Assembly: GCA_963771355.1 (NCBI GenBank)
Contig: CAVYTA010000005.1
Coordinates: forward strand, 768,001 to 832,000
Origin: an uncultured Candidatus Rokubacteria bacterium
GTDB lineage: Bacteria; Methylomirabilota; Methylomirabilia; Rokubacteriales; CSP1-6
Direction: 5' to 3'
DNA: 64,000 bases
Part shown: positions 30,863-43,452 of the stretch, piece after piece
Position numbering within the stretch: position 1 is the first letter of the stretch
How the letters are laid out: each line of letters starts with the position of its first letter
Notes under the pieces: generated by a model
What the model saw: the letters and a program-made list of their open reading frames with translations, nothing else
Told to the model about the DNA's origin: nothing
Database searches by the model: none
Program-made: the position numbers and the translations under genes

Positions 30863-32107
30863 GTGGACAAGACACGCGTCGTCATCACCGGCCTCGGGGC
30901 GGTGACGCCGCTCGGCAATACCGCCGAGGAATTCTGGACCTCCCTCACCCAGGGCAAGTCCGGGATTGGGCCGATCACGCGCTTCGACTCGACGGGCTTC
31001 GGCACGCGGATCGCGGGGGAGGTCAAGGGCTTCGACGCGCTCAAGTACGTCGACAAGAAGGACGACCGCAAGCTCGACCTCTACCTCAAGTACGCGCTCG
31101 CGTGCGCGGTGATGGCGGTGGAGGATGCCGGGCTCGACCCTGCCAAGGAGGATGGGAACCGCTTCGGCGTCCTGGTGGGCTCGGGCATCGGCGGTCTCGG
31201 CACGCTGCTGGACTCTCACAAGACGCTCCTCGACAAGGGGCCGGACCGCGTCTCGCCGTTCTTCATCCCCATGCTCATCATCAACATGGCGTCCGGTCTC
31301 ATCTCCATGCGCTTCGGCGCGCGCGGCCCGAACTCCTCCGTGGTCACCGCCTGCGCGACCGGGAATCACGCCATCGGGGACGCCACCCGCATCATTCAAC
31401 GGGGCGACGCCGACGTGATGATCGCGGGGGGCGCCGAGGCCATCATCATCCCCCTCACCATCGCGGGCTTCTGCCAGATGAAGGCGATGTCGACGCGGAA
31501 CGACGAGCCCACCAAGGCCTCTCGGCCGTTCGACGCCGAGCGCGACGGCTTCGTGGCCGGGGAGGGCGGTGGCCTGGTGGTGCTGGAGTCGCTCGAGCAC
31601 GCTCGGCGCCGCGACGCGCGGATCTATGCGGAGGTGGTCGGCTACGGCATGACGGGTGATGCCCACCACATGACCGCCCCCGATCCCGAAGGGGACGGCG
31701 CCGCGCGCGCGATGGCGGCCGCGCTGAAGGACGCGGCGCTGGAGCCCTCCGCGGTGGGGTACATCAACGCCCACGGGACCTCGACTCCCTACAACGACAA
31801 GTTCGAGACCATCGCGATCAAGCGGGTGTTCGGCGAGCATGCCAAGCGGCTGCCGGTGTCCTCCACCAAGTCCATGACCGGCCACCTCCTCGGCGCGGCG
31901 GGCGGGATCGAGGCGGTCGCCACCACGCTCACCATCTACCACGGCGTGCTGCCGCCCACCATCAACTACGAGAAGCCGGATCCCGACTGTGACCTCGACT
32001 ACGTCCCGAACCAGGCGCGCAAGCAGGACGTCGAGGTGGCGCTGAGCAATGCCTTCGGCTTCGGCGGGACCAACGCCATCCTCGCCTTCCGGAAGTATCG
32101 ACCCTAG
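30863..32107 (+). CDS. fabF: Beta-ketoacyl-ACP synthase II
   Basis: [30 protein letters not shown]. Confidence 0.97.
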   Translation: MDKTRVVITGLGAVTPLGNTAEEFWTSLTQGKSGIGPITRFDSTGFGTRIAGEVKGFDALKYVDKKDDRKLDLYLKYALACAVMAVEDAGLDPAKEDGNRFGVLVGSGIGGLGTLLDSHKTLLDKGPDRVSPFFIPMLIINMASGLISMRFGARGPNSSVVTACATGNHAIGDATRIIQRGDADVMIAGGAEAIIIPLTIAGFCQMKAMSTRNDEPTKASRPFDAERDGFVAGEGGGLVVLESLEHARRRDARIYAEVVGYGMTGDAHHMTAPDPEGDGAARAMAAALKDAALEPSAVGYINAHGTSTPYNDKFETIAIKRVFGEHAKRLPVSSTKSMTGHLLGAAGGIEAVATTLTIYHGVLPPTINYEKPDPDCDLDYVPNQARKQDVEVALSNAFGFGGTNAILAFRKYRP

Positions 32108-32173
32108 AGCAGGGCCGATTCGCTTCGCCATACTTCGTTCTCGTCTGGCTCGCGACTCCACCCTGCTCCCGCG

Positions 32174-32620
32174 GTGACCATCCCTGATCCGCTGGCCGCG
32201 CTGGAGGCGCGGCTGGGGCATGTCTTCGCGGACCGCGATCTCCTCCTGGAGGCGCTCACCCACCGCTCCTGGGTCAACGAGCATCCCGGCGCGCGCGACA
32301 ACGAGGCGCTGGCCTTCGTGGGCGACGCCGTCCTCGGGCTCGTGGTGGCGGAGCATCTCGCCGCCGCCGAGCCCGCCGCCGCCGTGGGCGTGCTCACCCC
32401 CCGCCGCGCCGAGCTGGTCTCCGGCGCGAGCCTCGCGCGCTGGGCGGAGCGCCTCGCGCTGGGCGACTGCCTGCGCCTGGGACGCGGCGAGGCGCAGACG
32501 GGCGGGCACGCCAAGGAGTCGGTGCTCGCCACCGCGCTGGAGGCCGTGCTGGGGGCCGTCTACCGCGAGGCGGGCCTGCCCGGCGCCGCCCGGGTGATCG
32601 CGGCGCTGGCCCTGTGGTAG
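32174..32620 (+). CDS. rnc: RNase III-family nuclease domain without dsRBD
   Basis: EALTHRS, NEALAFVGDAVL, LGRGE, ATALEAVLGAVY; canonical position after fabF; ends right after the nuclease domain. Confidence 0.75.
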   Translation: MTIPDPLAALEARLGHVFADRDLLLEALTHRSWVNEHPGARDNEALAFVGDAVLGLVVAEHLAAAEPAAAVGVLTPRRAELVSGASLARWAERLALGDCLRLGRGEAQTGGHAKESVLATALEAVLGAVYREAGLPGAARVIAALALW

Positions 32621-32621
32621 C

Positions 32622-35196
<2,575 letters not shown>

Positions 35197-35208
35197 CCGA
35201 GGCGCCCC

Positions 35209-36636
35209 ATGGCCGACATCCGCCGCGAGAGCATGCGCATTGCCGGAGAGCACGTCGTCTCCGAGCGGGTCATCGAGGTCGAGAATCCGTGGAACGGTGC
35301 GCTGGTGGGCACGGTGCCCAAGGCCACCGTGGCCGACGTCCGGCGCGCCTTCGCCGCCGCGCGCGGCTTTCGCTCGCCGCTCTCCCGTCACGAGCGCTCC
35401 CTGATCCTCGCGCGCACCGCGGAGCGGCTTGCCGCCCGGCGGGAGGAAATCTCGGACCTCATCACCGCGGAGTCGGGCCTTTGCAAGAAGGACACGCTCT
35501 ACGAGGTGGGGCGCGCGGGTGACGTCTTCACCTTCGCCGCCCACGCCGCGCTCAGCGACGACAGCCAGACCTTCCCCTGCGACGTGAGCGCCCAGGGTCG
35601 GCGCCGGCGCATCTACACGCAGCGCGAGCCCCTGCGCGCCATCGCCGCCATCACCCCGTTCAACCACCCCCTCAACCAGGTGGCCCACAAGGTGGCGCCC
35701 GCCATCGCCACCAACAACAAGATGGTGCTCAAGCCGTCGGAGAAGACGCCGCTCACCGCGCTCCTCCTCGCCGACGTGCTCTACGACGTGGGACTGCCGC
35801 CCGCCATGTTCTCGGTGGTGACGGGCGACCCCGCCGAGATCGCGGACGAGCTCGTCACCAACGCCGACTCCGAGCTGATCACCTTCACCGGCGGGGTGGA
35901 GGTGGGCAAGGCCATCGCCGGCAAGCTGGGCTATCGCCGCGCCGTCCTCGAGCTGGGCGGCAATGACCCCCTCATCGTGATGGAGGACGCCGACCTCCAG
36001 GAGGCGTCCTCCCTGGCGGTGTCGGGCGCCTACCGGAACTCCGGCCAGCGCTGCACCGCGGTGAAGCGCATCCTCGTCCAGGAGTCGGTCGCCGCCCGCT
36101 TCGTGGACCTGCTGGTGGAGAAGACCCGGCTGGTGAAGTACGGCGATCCCATGGATCCCACCGTGGACATGGGCACCGTGATCGACGAGCGGGCGGCGCG
36201 CCGCTTCCAGTCCCTGGTGGAGGACGCGATGGGGCGCGGCGCCCGGCTCCTCTACGGCAACGAGCGGCGGGGCGCGCTCTATAGCCCCACCGTGCTCGAC
36301 CGCGTTCCCGCCGACTGTGAGCTGGTGGCGCGCGAGACCTTCGGCCCGGTGGCCCCCGTGATACGCTTCGGCGACATCGAGGAGGCGATCCGCATCGCCA
36401 ACGGGACCCCTTACGGCCTCTCCTCCGCGGTGTGCACCAATCGCTGGGACTGGATCACCCGCTTCGTGAGCGGGCTCGAGGTGGGCACGGTCAATGTCCG
36501 GGAAGTGCCCGGCTACCGGCTGGAGAGCTCGCCCTTCGGCGGGATCAAGGACTCGGGCCTGGGCTACAAGGAGGGCGTGCTCGAGGCGATGAAGAGCTTC
36601 ACCAACGTCAAGACCTACTCGCTGCCCTGGCCGTGA
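35209..36636 (+). CDS. phnY: Phosphonoacetaldehyde dehydrogenase
   Basis: ALDH with ITPFNHPLNQVAHK, NSGQRCTAVK, VPGYR..SPFGGIKDSGLGYKEG; follows phnA. Confidence 0.93.
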   Translation: MADIRRESMRIAGEHVVSERVIEVENPWNGALVGTVPKATVADVRRAFAAARGFRSPLSRHERSLILARTAERLAARREEISDLITAESGLCKKDTLYEVGRAGDVFTFAAHAALSDDSQTFPCDVSAQGRRRRIYTQREPLRAIAAITPFNHPLNQVAHKVAPAIATNNKMVLKPSEKTPLTALLLADVLYDVGLPPAMFSVVTGDPAEIADELVTNADSELITFTGGVEVGKAIAGKLGYRRAVLELGGNDPLIVMEDADLQEASSLAVSGAYRNSGQRCTAVKRILVQESVAARFVDLLVEKTRLVKYGDPMDPTVDMGTVIDERAARRFQSLVEDAMGRGARLLYGNERRGALYSPTVLDRVPADCELVARETFGPVAPVIRFGDIEEAIRIANGTPYGLSSAVCTNRWDWITRFVSGLEVGTVNVREVPGYRLESSPFGGIKDSGLGYKEGVLEAMKSFTNVKTYSLPWP

Positions 36637-39080
36637 TCTCGTCCGCGCGCGCCGTCATCATCGGCGGCGGCATCGTCGGCACCTCGGTCGCCTACCACCT
36701 CGCGCGACTGGGGTGGCGTGATGTCGTGCTGCTGGAGCAGGGGAGCCTCTCCGGCGGCACCACCTGGCATGCCGCCGGCCTCGTGGGCCAGCTCCGCTCC
36801 TCCGCGAATTTCACCCGCCTCATCCGCTACAGCGCGGAGCTCTACGAGCGGCTCGAGGCGGAGACCGGCAAGGCCACCGGCTTCAAGCGCTGCGGCAGCC
36901 TCTCGGTCGCGCGCACCGCCGAGCGCATGACCCAGCTCCGGCGCAATGCCTCGCTGGCGCGCTCCTACGGCATCGAGGCCCACGTGATCGGGCTCGACGA
37001 GGCCAAGCGCCGCTATCCGTTGCTGCACATCGACGACCTGGTGGGCGCGGTGTGGATTCCCTCCGACGGCAAGGCCAACCCCGCCGACATCACCCAGGCG
37101 CTCGCCACCGGCGCCCGCGCCGCCGGCGCCCGAATCTTGGAGAAGGTCGAGGTGAAGGGCGTGACGGTGACCGAGGGCCGCGTGAGCGGGGTGGAGACCG
37201 CGGAGGGCACCATCGCCACCGAGATCGCGGTGAACTGTGCGGGCATCTGGGCGCGGGAGCTGGGCCGCCGGAGCGGGGTCACCGTCCCGCTGCACGCCTG
37301 CGAGCACATGTACATGGTGACCGAGCCCATCGCGGGGGTGACGCCGGATCTGCCCGTCCTGCGCGATCCCGACGGCCACATCTATTTCAAGGAAGAGGTG
37401 GGCGGCATCCTCATGGGCGGCTTCGATCCCTGGGCCAAGCCCTGGGGCATGGGCGGCATTCCCGCCGACTTCTCCTTCGGTACGCTGCCGGAGGACTGGG
37501 ACAAGTTCGAGATCCTCATGCGCAATGCCATTCAGCGGGTGCCCGCGCTGGAGTCCGCGCCGGTGCGGCTCTTGATGAACGGCCCCGAGAGCTTCACCCC
37601 CGACAACTACTTCATCCTCGGTGAGGCCCCGGAGGTGCGGCGCTACTACGTCGGCGCGGGGTTCTGCTCGGGCGGCATCGCCGCCGCGGGCGGGGCGGGG
37701 CAGGCTCTGGCCCAGTGGATCGCGGACGACCGGCAGCCCATGGATCTCTGGCCCGCCGACATCCGGCGCTTCGCGTCCTTCCACGGAGATCCCGCCTTCC
37801 TGCGCGAGCGCGCCAGCGAGGGGGTGGGCGTCCACTACTTCGTGGCCTTCCCCAACCGCGAGCTCACCAGCGGGCGCGGCCTCCGGCGCTCCCCGCTCTA
37901 CGACCGGCTGGCCGCCAAGCGCGCCTGCTTCGGCGCCAAGATGGGCTGGGAGCGCGCCAACTGGTTCGCACCCGCCGGGGTGGCGCCGGTCACGGAGTAC
38001 TCCTTCGGCCGCCAGAACTGGTTCCCCTACTCGGCGGCCGAGCATCGGGCCGCGCGCGAGGCGGTGGCGCTGTTCGATCAGACGTCGTTCGGCAAGCTCC
38101 TGCTCCAGGGCCGGGACGCCGAGGCGGTGCTGCAGCGGCTCTGCGCCAATGACGTGGCGGTGGCGCCGGGGCGGGTCGTCTACACGGGGCTCCTGAACGA
38201 GCAGGGCACGTACGAGAGCGACCTCACCGTGACCCGACTGACCGGCGACACCTACTTGATCGTCACCGGCGCCGCGCAGACCACGCGCGATGCCCACTGG
38301 ATCCGCCGCGAGATCGGGCCCGACGCGCGCGCGACGCTCACCGACGTGACCGGCGCCTGGGCGGTGCTGGGGCTCATGGGGCCGGGCTCGCGCGCCCTCC
38401 TGTCCAGCGTCTCGGGCGCCCGGCTGGACAGTGCCGCCTTTCCCTTCGCCACCATGCAGGAGATCGCCATCGCGGGCGCGCCCGTGCGCGCGGCGCGCAT
38501 CACCTACGTCGGCGAGCTCGGCTGGGAGCTCTACGTGCCGGTGGAGTTCGCCGCGCGCGTGTACGAGGCGCTGGAGGCGGCGGGCGCGGAGTTCGGCTTG
38601 CTGGACGCCGGCTACTACGCTCTCGACTCGCTTCGCATGGAGAAGGCCTATCGGGCGTGGGGGCGCGAGCTCACGACCGATGACACGCCGCTGGAGGCGG
38701 GGCTCGGCTTCGCGGTGGCCTGGGACAAGCCGGGCGGCTTCCGGGGGCGCGACGCCCTCCTGCGCCGGCGGGACCAGCCGCTCACCAAGCGCCTGGTCAC
38801 CTTCGTGCTCGACGACCCCGAGGCGCTCCCGCTGGGCGACGAGGCCATCTTCCATGAGAACAACCTGGCCGGCTCGGTTACCTCCGCCGGCTACGGGCAT
38901 ACGCTGGGCCGGGCGGTCGTCATGGGCTATCTCCGGCTGCCGGAGGGAGCGCGCGGCGGGATCGACGCGCGCTTCGTGGCGGACGCGAAGTTCGAGCTGG
39001 AGATCGCGGGAGACCGTTTCACCGCGCGCGCGAGCCTGCGCGCGCCCTATGACCCGCAGGCGCTGCGGGTGAAGAGCTAG
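36633..39080 (+). CDS. Dimethylglycine/sarcosine dehydrogenase-like flavoprotein (DAO + GcvT domains)
   Basis: GGGIVG, TTWHAAG (covalent FAD His), NGPESFTPD, GcvT folate-binding domain (TYVGELGWEL, SLRMEKAY). Confidence 0.92.
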   Translation: MISSARAVIIGGGIVGTSVAYHLARLGWRDVVLLEQGSLSGGTTWHAAGLVGQLRSSANFTRLIRYSAELYERLEAETGKATGFKRCGSLSVARTAERMTQLRRNASLARSYGIEAHVIGLDEAKRRYPLLHIDDLVGAVWIPSDGKANPADITQALATGARAAGARILEKVEVKGVTVTEGRVSGVETAEGTIATEIAVNCAGIWARELGRRSGVTVPLHACEHMYMVTEPIAGVTPDLPVLRDPDGHIYFKEEVGGILMGGFDPWAKPWGMGGIPADFSFGTLPEDWDKFEILMRNAIQRVPALESAPVRLLMNGPESFTPDNYFILGEAPEVRRYYVGAGFCSGGIAAAGGAGQALAQWIADDRQPMDLWPADIRRFASFHGDPAFLRERASEGVGVHYFVAFPNRELTSGRGLRRSPLYDRLAAKRACFGAKMGWERANWFAPAGVAPVTEYSFGRQNWFPYSAAEHRAAREAVALFDQTSFGKLLLQGRDAEAVLQRLCANDVAVAPGRVVYTGLLNEQGTYESDLTVTRLTGDTYLIVTGAAQTTRDAHWIRREIGPDARATLTDVTGAWAVLGLMGPGSRALLSSVSGARLDSAAFPFATMQEIAIAGAPVRAARITYVGELGWELYVPVEFAARVYEALEAAGAEFGLLDAGYYALDSLRMEKAYRAWGRELTTDDTPLEAGLGFAVAWDKPGGFRGRDALLRRRDQPLTKRLVTFVLDDPEALPLGDEAIFHENNLAGSVTSAGYGHTLGRAVVMGYLRLPEGARGGIDARFVADAKFELEIAGDRFTARASLRAPYDPQALRVKS

Positions 39081-39090
39081 AGGAGCCGCG

Positions 39091-40200
39091 ATGGAGCCCT
39101 ATCTCCTGACGCCGGGACCGCTCACCACCTCGCTCACCACCAAGCAGGCGATGCTGCGCGACTGGGGCTCGCGGGACGTGGAGTTCATCCGCCTCAACGC
39201 CCGGGTGCGCGAGCGGCTGGTCGAGCTGGCGGGAGGAAGCGGCACCCATGTCTGCGTGCCGCTCCAGGGCAGCGGGACGTTCCTCGTGGAGGCCATGCTG
39301 GCGACCATGGTGCCCCCGGAGGGGAAGGTGCTCCTCCTCGTCAACGGCGCCTACGGCAAACGCATGGTCCGTATGTGCGAGTACCATCGCCGCGCCCATA
39401 CGGTGATCGAGGTGCCCGAGGACCACCCCGTGGATCCCGTGGCCGTCGACGCGGCGCTGGCGGCGGACCCCGCCATCACCCACGTGGCGGTGGTGCACTG
39501 CGAGACCACCTCGGGGGTGCTGAATCCGGTGGCCAGGGTCGCGGAGGTCGTCGCCCGGCGGGGCCGCCGGCTTCTCATCGACTCCATGAGCGCGTTCGGG
39601 GCCATTCCGCTGGATGCCGCGCGCATTCCCTTCGACGCCATGGTGTCCTCCGCGAACAAGTGCCTGGAAGGCGTGCCGGGCATGGGCTTCGGCATCATCC
39701 GTCGCACCGCGCTGGAGAGCGCCCGGGGCCAGTGCGGATCGCTCTCGCTGGACCTGCACGATCAGTGGACGGCCATGGAGAAGACCGGGCAATGGCGCTT
39801 CACGCCGCCCACCCATGTCATCGCCGCTCTGGACCAGGCGCTCACCGAGCATGCCGCGGAAGGGGGCGTGGAAGGACGGGGCGCCCGCTATGCGCGCAAC
39901 TGCGGCATTCTCGTCTCGGGGCTCCGCGCGCTCGGCTTCAAGACCCTGCTCCCGGACGCGCTGCAGGCGCCCATCATCGTGACGGTGCGGATGCCCGCGG
40001 ACCCCGCCTTTCACTTCGACGCCTTCTACGATCGGCTCGCCGAGCGCGGCTACGTGATCTATCCCGGCAAGCTCACCGTGGCCGACAGCTTCCGCATTGG
40101 CTGCATCGGGCGCCTGGGGGAGGCGGAGATGCACGGCGTGCTCGACGCCATCCGGGACATTCTCAAGGACATGGGCGTGAGCCGCTGCGGTCCGGCCTGA
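39091..40200 (+). CDS. phnW: 2-aminoethylphosphonate-pyruvate transaminase
   Basis: LLTPGPLTTS, DWGSRD, HCETTSG, SSANKCLEGVPG, QWRFTPPTH, IYPGK. Confidence 0.96.
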   Translation: MEPYLLTPGPLTTSLTTKQAMLRDWGSRDVEFIRLNARVRERLVELAGGSGTHVCVPLQGSGTFLVEAMLATMVPPEGKVLLLVNGAYGKRMVRMCEYHRRAHTVIEVPEDHPVDPVAVDAALAADPAITHVAVVHCETTSGVLNPVARVAEVVARRGRRLLIDSMSAFGAIPLDAARIPFDAMVSSANKCLEGVPGMGFGIIRRTALESARGQCGSLSLDLHDQWTAMEKTGQWRFTPPTHVIAALDQALTEHAAEGGVEGRGARYARNCGILVSGLRALGFKTLLPDALQAPIIVTVRMPADPAFHFDAFYDRLAERGYVIYPGKLTVADSFRIGCIGRLGEAEMHGVLDAIRDILKDMGVSRCGPA

Positions 40201-40206
40201 CGGCCC

Positions 40207-40235
40207 TTGCCCCGGTCGGCGAACCCCCGTAAGAT
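40207..40235 (+). promoter_or_regulatory. Putative internal sigma70 promoter
   Basis: TTGCCC-N17-TAAGAT, 9 nt before TTG 40245. Confidence 0.5.
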
Positions 40236-40244
40236 TCCCCCGCC

Positions 40245-41625
40245 TTGAAAAAATCCGAGTCCGTGCCCGGCGCCGATCCGAGCGAGCTGGAGGCGCTGAT
40301 CCGCAAGGGGGAGATCGACACCGTCCTCACCGTCTTCCCCGACCACCTCGGCCGGCTCCTGGGGAAGCGGGTGGTGGGGCGGTACTTCCTCGATCATGTC
40401 CTCGCCGACGGCGTGCATGCCTGCATCTATCTCTTCACGGTGGACATGGAGATGGAGCCCCTGCCGGGCTTCACGCTCACCTCGTGGGAGCGCGGCTACG
40501 GCGACATGAAGCTCGTGCCGGACCTTGGGACCTGGCGGCGCATCCCGTGGCTGTCCCGCACCGCGCTGGTGTTCTGCGACGTGTTCACCGAGGAGGGCGC
40601 GCCCATCGAGGAGGCGCCGCGGTGGGTGCTGCGCCGGCAGGTGGAGCGGGCGGCCAAGGCCGGCTACGTGGTGAAGACCGCCTCCGAGCTCGAGCTCTAT
40701 CTCTTCCGCGAGTCCTTCGACGAGGCGCGCGCGAAGCGCTACCTGGATCTCACTCCGGTGTCCGGCTACCGCGAGGACTACCACATCCTCCAGACCTCCA
40801 GGGAGGAGGGCCTGGTCCAGGCCATCCGCAATCACATGGAGGCGGCGCGGGTGCCGGTGGAGTTCTCCAAGGGCGAGTGGGGGAAGGGGCAGGAGGAGAT
40901 CAATCTCCGTTACGCGGAAGCGCTCGAGATGGCGGACCGCCACGCCCTCTACAAGCACGGCGTGAAGGAGATCGCCTGGCAGCAGGGCTGCCTCGGTGAC
41001 CTTCATGGCGAAGTACGACATGGGGGCGGCGGGCTCGTCCTGTCACGTCCACTCCTCGCTGTGGGACCGGCGGACGGGCAAGGGGCTCTTCGCCGCGCGG
41101 GGCTCGCGGCGGGGGACGCCGCTCTTCCAGCAGTGGCTGGCCGGGCAGATGGCGATGGCGCGGGACCTAGCACTCCTCTACGCGCCCACCGTCAACTCGT
41201 ACAAGCGCTATCAGGCGGGCTCCTTCGCTCCCACCCGCATCGCGGCGGGCTGGGACAACCGCACCTGCGGCTTCCGCCTCTGCGGCGAGGACGCCGGCTT
41301 CCGCGTGGAAAACCGCATCCCCGGCGCCGACGCCAATCCGTACCTGGCCTTCGCCGCCACCATCGCCGCGGGGCTCCACGGGATCGAGCGAAAGCTCCCG
41401 GCGCCGCGGGCCTACGAGGGCAATGCCTACGAGGATGCGAAGCTCTCGCAGGTGCCGAAGACCTTCCGCGAGGCGCTGGACACGCTGGACCGCTCGAAGG
41501 TGGCGCGCGAGGCCTTCGGCGCCCGCGTGGTGGAGCACTATCTCCGGCTGGGGCGACTCGAGCAGGAGGCCTTCGACCAGGTCGTCACCGACTGGGAGCT
41601 AAGTCGGCATTTCGAAAGGATCTGA
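40245..41625 (+). pseudogene. Glutamine synthetase-like gamma-glutamyl-amine ligase with a +1 frameshift near 40992
   Basis: N-half (GRLLGKR, ELELYLF, KGEWGKGQEEIN) and C-half (TFMAK, GSSCHVHSSL, NSYKR, ENRIPGADANPY) are in different frames; removing one C gives QQGCSVTFMAK. Confidence 0.85.
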
Positions 41626-41632
41626 GAACGCC

Positions 41633-42397
41633 ATGGCGGGACGACTCAAGGGCAAGGTGGCGCTGATCACGGGCGCCGGCATGGGCATGGGGCGCGAGGC
41701 CTCGGTGCTCTTCGCCGAGGAAGGCGCCCGCGTGGTGGTGGCGGACATCAACGCCGGGGCAGCCGCCGAGACGGTGGATCTGGTCAAGAAGGCCGACGGG
41801 CAGGCGGTCGCGGTGACCGGGGACGTGGCGGTGGAGGCCGACGTGAAGCGCATGATCGAGGAAGGCGTGGGCGTCTTCGGGGCCCTGCACGTCCTCTACA
41901 ACAACGCGGGCGTGCTGTGGAAGGACAAGGACCGCGGGGTGCTGGAGACCGACGGCGTCCAGTGGGACCGGGTGATGGGGATCAACCTCAAGTCGGTGTT
42001 CTGGGTGACCAAGCACGGCATCCCGCACCTGCGGGCGGCGGGCGGCGGCTCCATCATTCTGGTGGGCTCGGTGTCGGCGCTGGCCGGCTTCACGCGGGCC
42101 CAGGACGCCTATACCGCGGCCAAGGGCGCGCTGATCTCGCTCAACAAGTCGCTCGCCATCCAGTTCGCCAAGGACGGCATCCGCTCCAACGTGATTCATC
42201 CGGGGATTGTCGAGACCCCGCTGCAGGCCCCCTACCTCAATGACGAGCTGCGGGCCGAGTTCAAGACGGGCATCCCGCTGGGCCGCATCGGCCAGCCGCG
42301 GGACATCGCCTTTGCCGCCCTCTTCCTCGCCTCCGATGAGTCGAGCTTCATGACCGGCGCGGAGATGATCGTGGACGGCGGCTTCATGGCCCAGTAA
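41633..42397 (+). CDS. SDR oxidoreductase
   Basis: TGAGMGMG, NNAG, YTAAKG. Confidence 0.92.
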   Translation: MAGRLKGKVALITGAGMGMGREASVLFAEEGARVVVADINAGAAAETVDLVKKADGQAVAVTGDVAVEADVKRMIEEGVGVFGALHVLYNNAGVLWKDKDRGVLETDGVQWDRVMGINLKSVFWVTKHGIPHLRAAGGGSIILVGSVSALAGFTRAQDAYTAAKGALISLNKSLAIQFAKDGIRSNVIHPGIVETPLQAPYLNDELRAEFKTGIPLGRIGQPRDIAFAALFLASDESSFMTGAEMIVDGGFMAQ

Positions 42398-42431
42398 GAT
42401 CCAAACGCACGAACACATGGAGGAAGCACGC

Positions 42432-43448
42432 ATGCGGACGCGCAGCTCGTGGTTCACCGGCCTGGTGGCCGGCGTCGTCGCTCTCACCGTCCTCGCCGGC
42501 CCGGCCCTGGCCCAGAAGCAGGTGGTGGTGGTCTACACCGCCATCGAGAACGAGCAGATCACGGAGTACAAGAAGGCCTACGAGAAGTCCTTGCCCAACG
42601 TGGACGTGAAGATGCTGCGACTGTCCACCGGCGACATCGCGGCGCGGTTCATGGCGGAGAAGGACAACATGCAGGCGGACCTCATCTGGGGCGTGGGCGC
42701 CACCAACCTGCTGGTGTTCAAGAACGCGGGCCTCCTGGAGCCCTATGCCCCCAAGGGGCTGGAGAAGATCCAGCCGCTCTTCCGGGACAAGGCCAACCCG
42801 CCCTCCTGGGTCGGGATCGACATCTACATGTCCGCCTTCTGCTTCAACACCGAGGTGGGGAAGAAGAACAACCTGCCCAAGCCGGAGTCCTGGGCGGATC
42901 TCACCAAGCCCGTGTACAAGGGCCAGGTGGTGATGCCGAACCCGGCCAGCTCGGGCACGGGTTATCTCTCCGTCGCTTCCATCCTGCAGCGCATGGGCGA
43001 GGCCGAAGGGTGGAAGTATCTCGATGCCCTCAATGTGAACATCGCGGAGTACACCAAGTCCGGGTCCAAGCCCTGCAAGGACGCGGCGGCGGGCGAGCGC
43101 GGCGTCGGCGTGTCCTTCGAGTACGTGGCGCTCGAGATGAAGAAGAAGGGGAGCCCGGTGGAGATGGTGCTGCCCAAGGAGGGCTCCGGCTACGAGATGG
43201 AGGCCAACGCGCTGACCAAGAAGGGGGCCAAGAATCCCGCCGCCAAGCAGTTCCTGGACTGGGCGGCCAGCGACGAGGCCATGGCGCTCTACGCGAAGTA
43301 CTTCGCCGCCGTCGGCATCGCCGGCTACCCGGTGCCCGAGGGGCTGCCCAAGGACATCAGCAAGGTGGTCTATCCCAACGACTTCGACTGGTCGGCGAAG
43401 AATCGCGACCGCATCCTCGCCGAGTGGACCAAGCGGTACGCGAAGTAG
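42432..43448 (+). CDS. Putative 2-aminoethylphosphonate ABC substrate-binding protein (PhnS2/AepX-like)
   Basis: Signal peptide, VYTAIE, MPNPASSGTG, YTKSGSKPC; phn context; GGAGG SD before ATG 42432. Confidence 0.85.
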   Translation: MRTRSSWFTGLVAGVVALTVLAGPALAQKQVVVVYTAIENEQITEYKKAYEKSLPNVDVKMLRLSTGDIAARFMAEKDNMQADLIWGVGATNLLVFKNAGLLEPYAPKGLEKIQPLFRDKANPPSWVGIDIYMSAFCFNTEVGKKNNLPKPESWADLTKPVYKGQVVMPNPASSGTGYLSVASILQRMGEAEGWKYLDALNVNIAEYTKSGSKPCKDAAAGERGVGVSFEYVALEMKKKGSPVEMVLPKEGSGYEMEANALTKKGAKNPAAKQFLDWAASDEAMALYAKYFAAVGIAGYPVPEGLPKDISKVVYPNDFDWSAKNRDRILAEWTKRYAK

Positions 43449-43452
43449 CCTG

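Noticed and set aside
40985..41000. Programmed ribosomal frameshift in the GS-like gene
   Set aside because: No slippery sequence or stop at the shift site; a simple indel is more likely.
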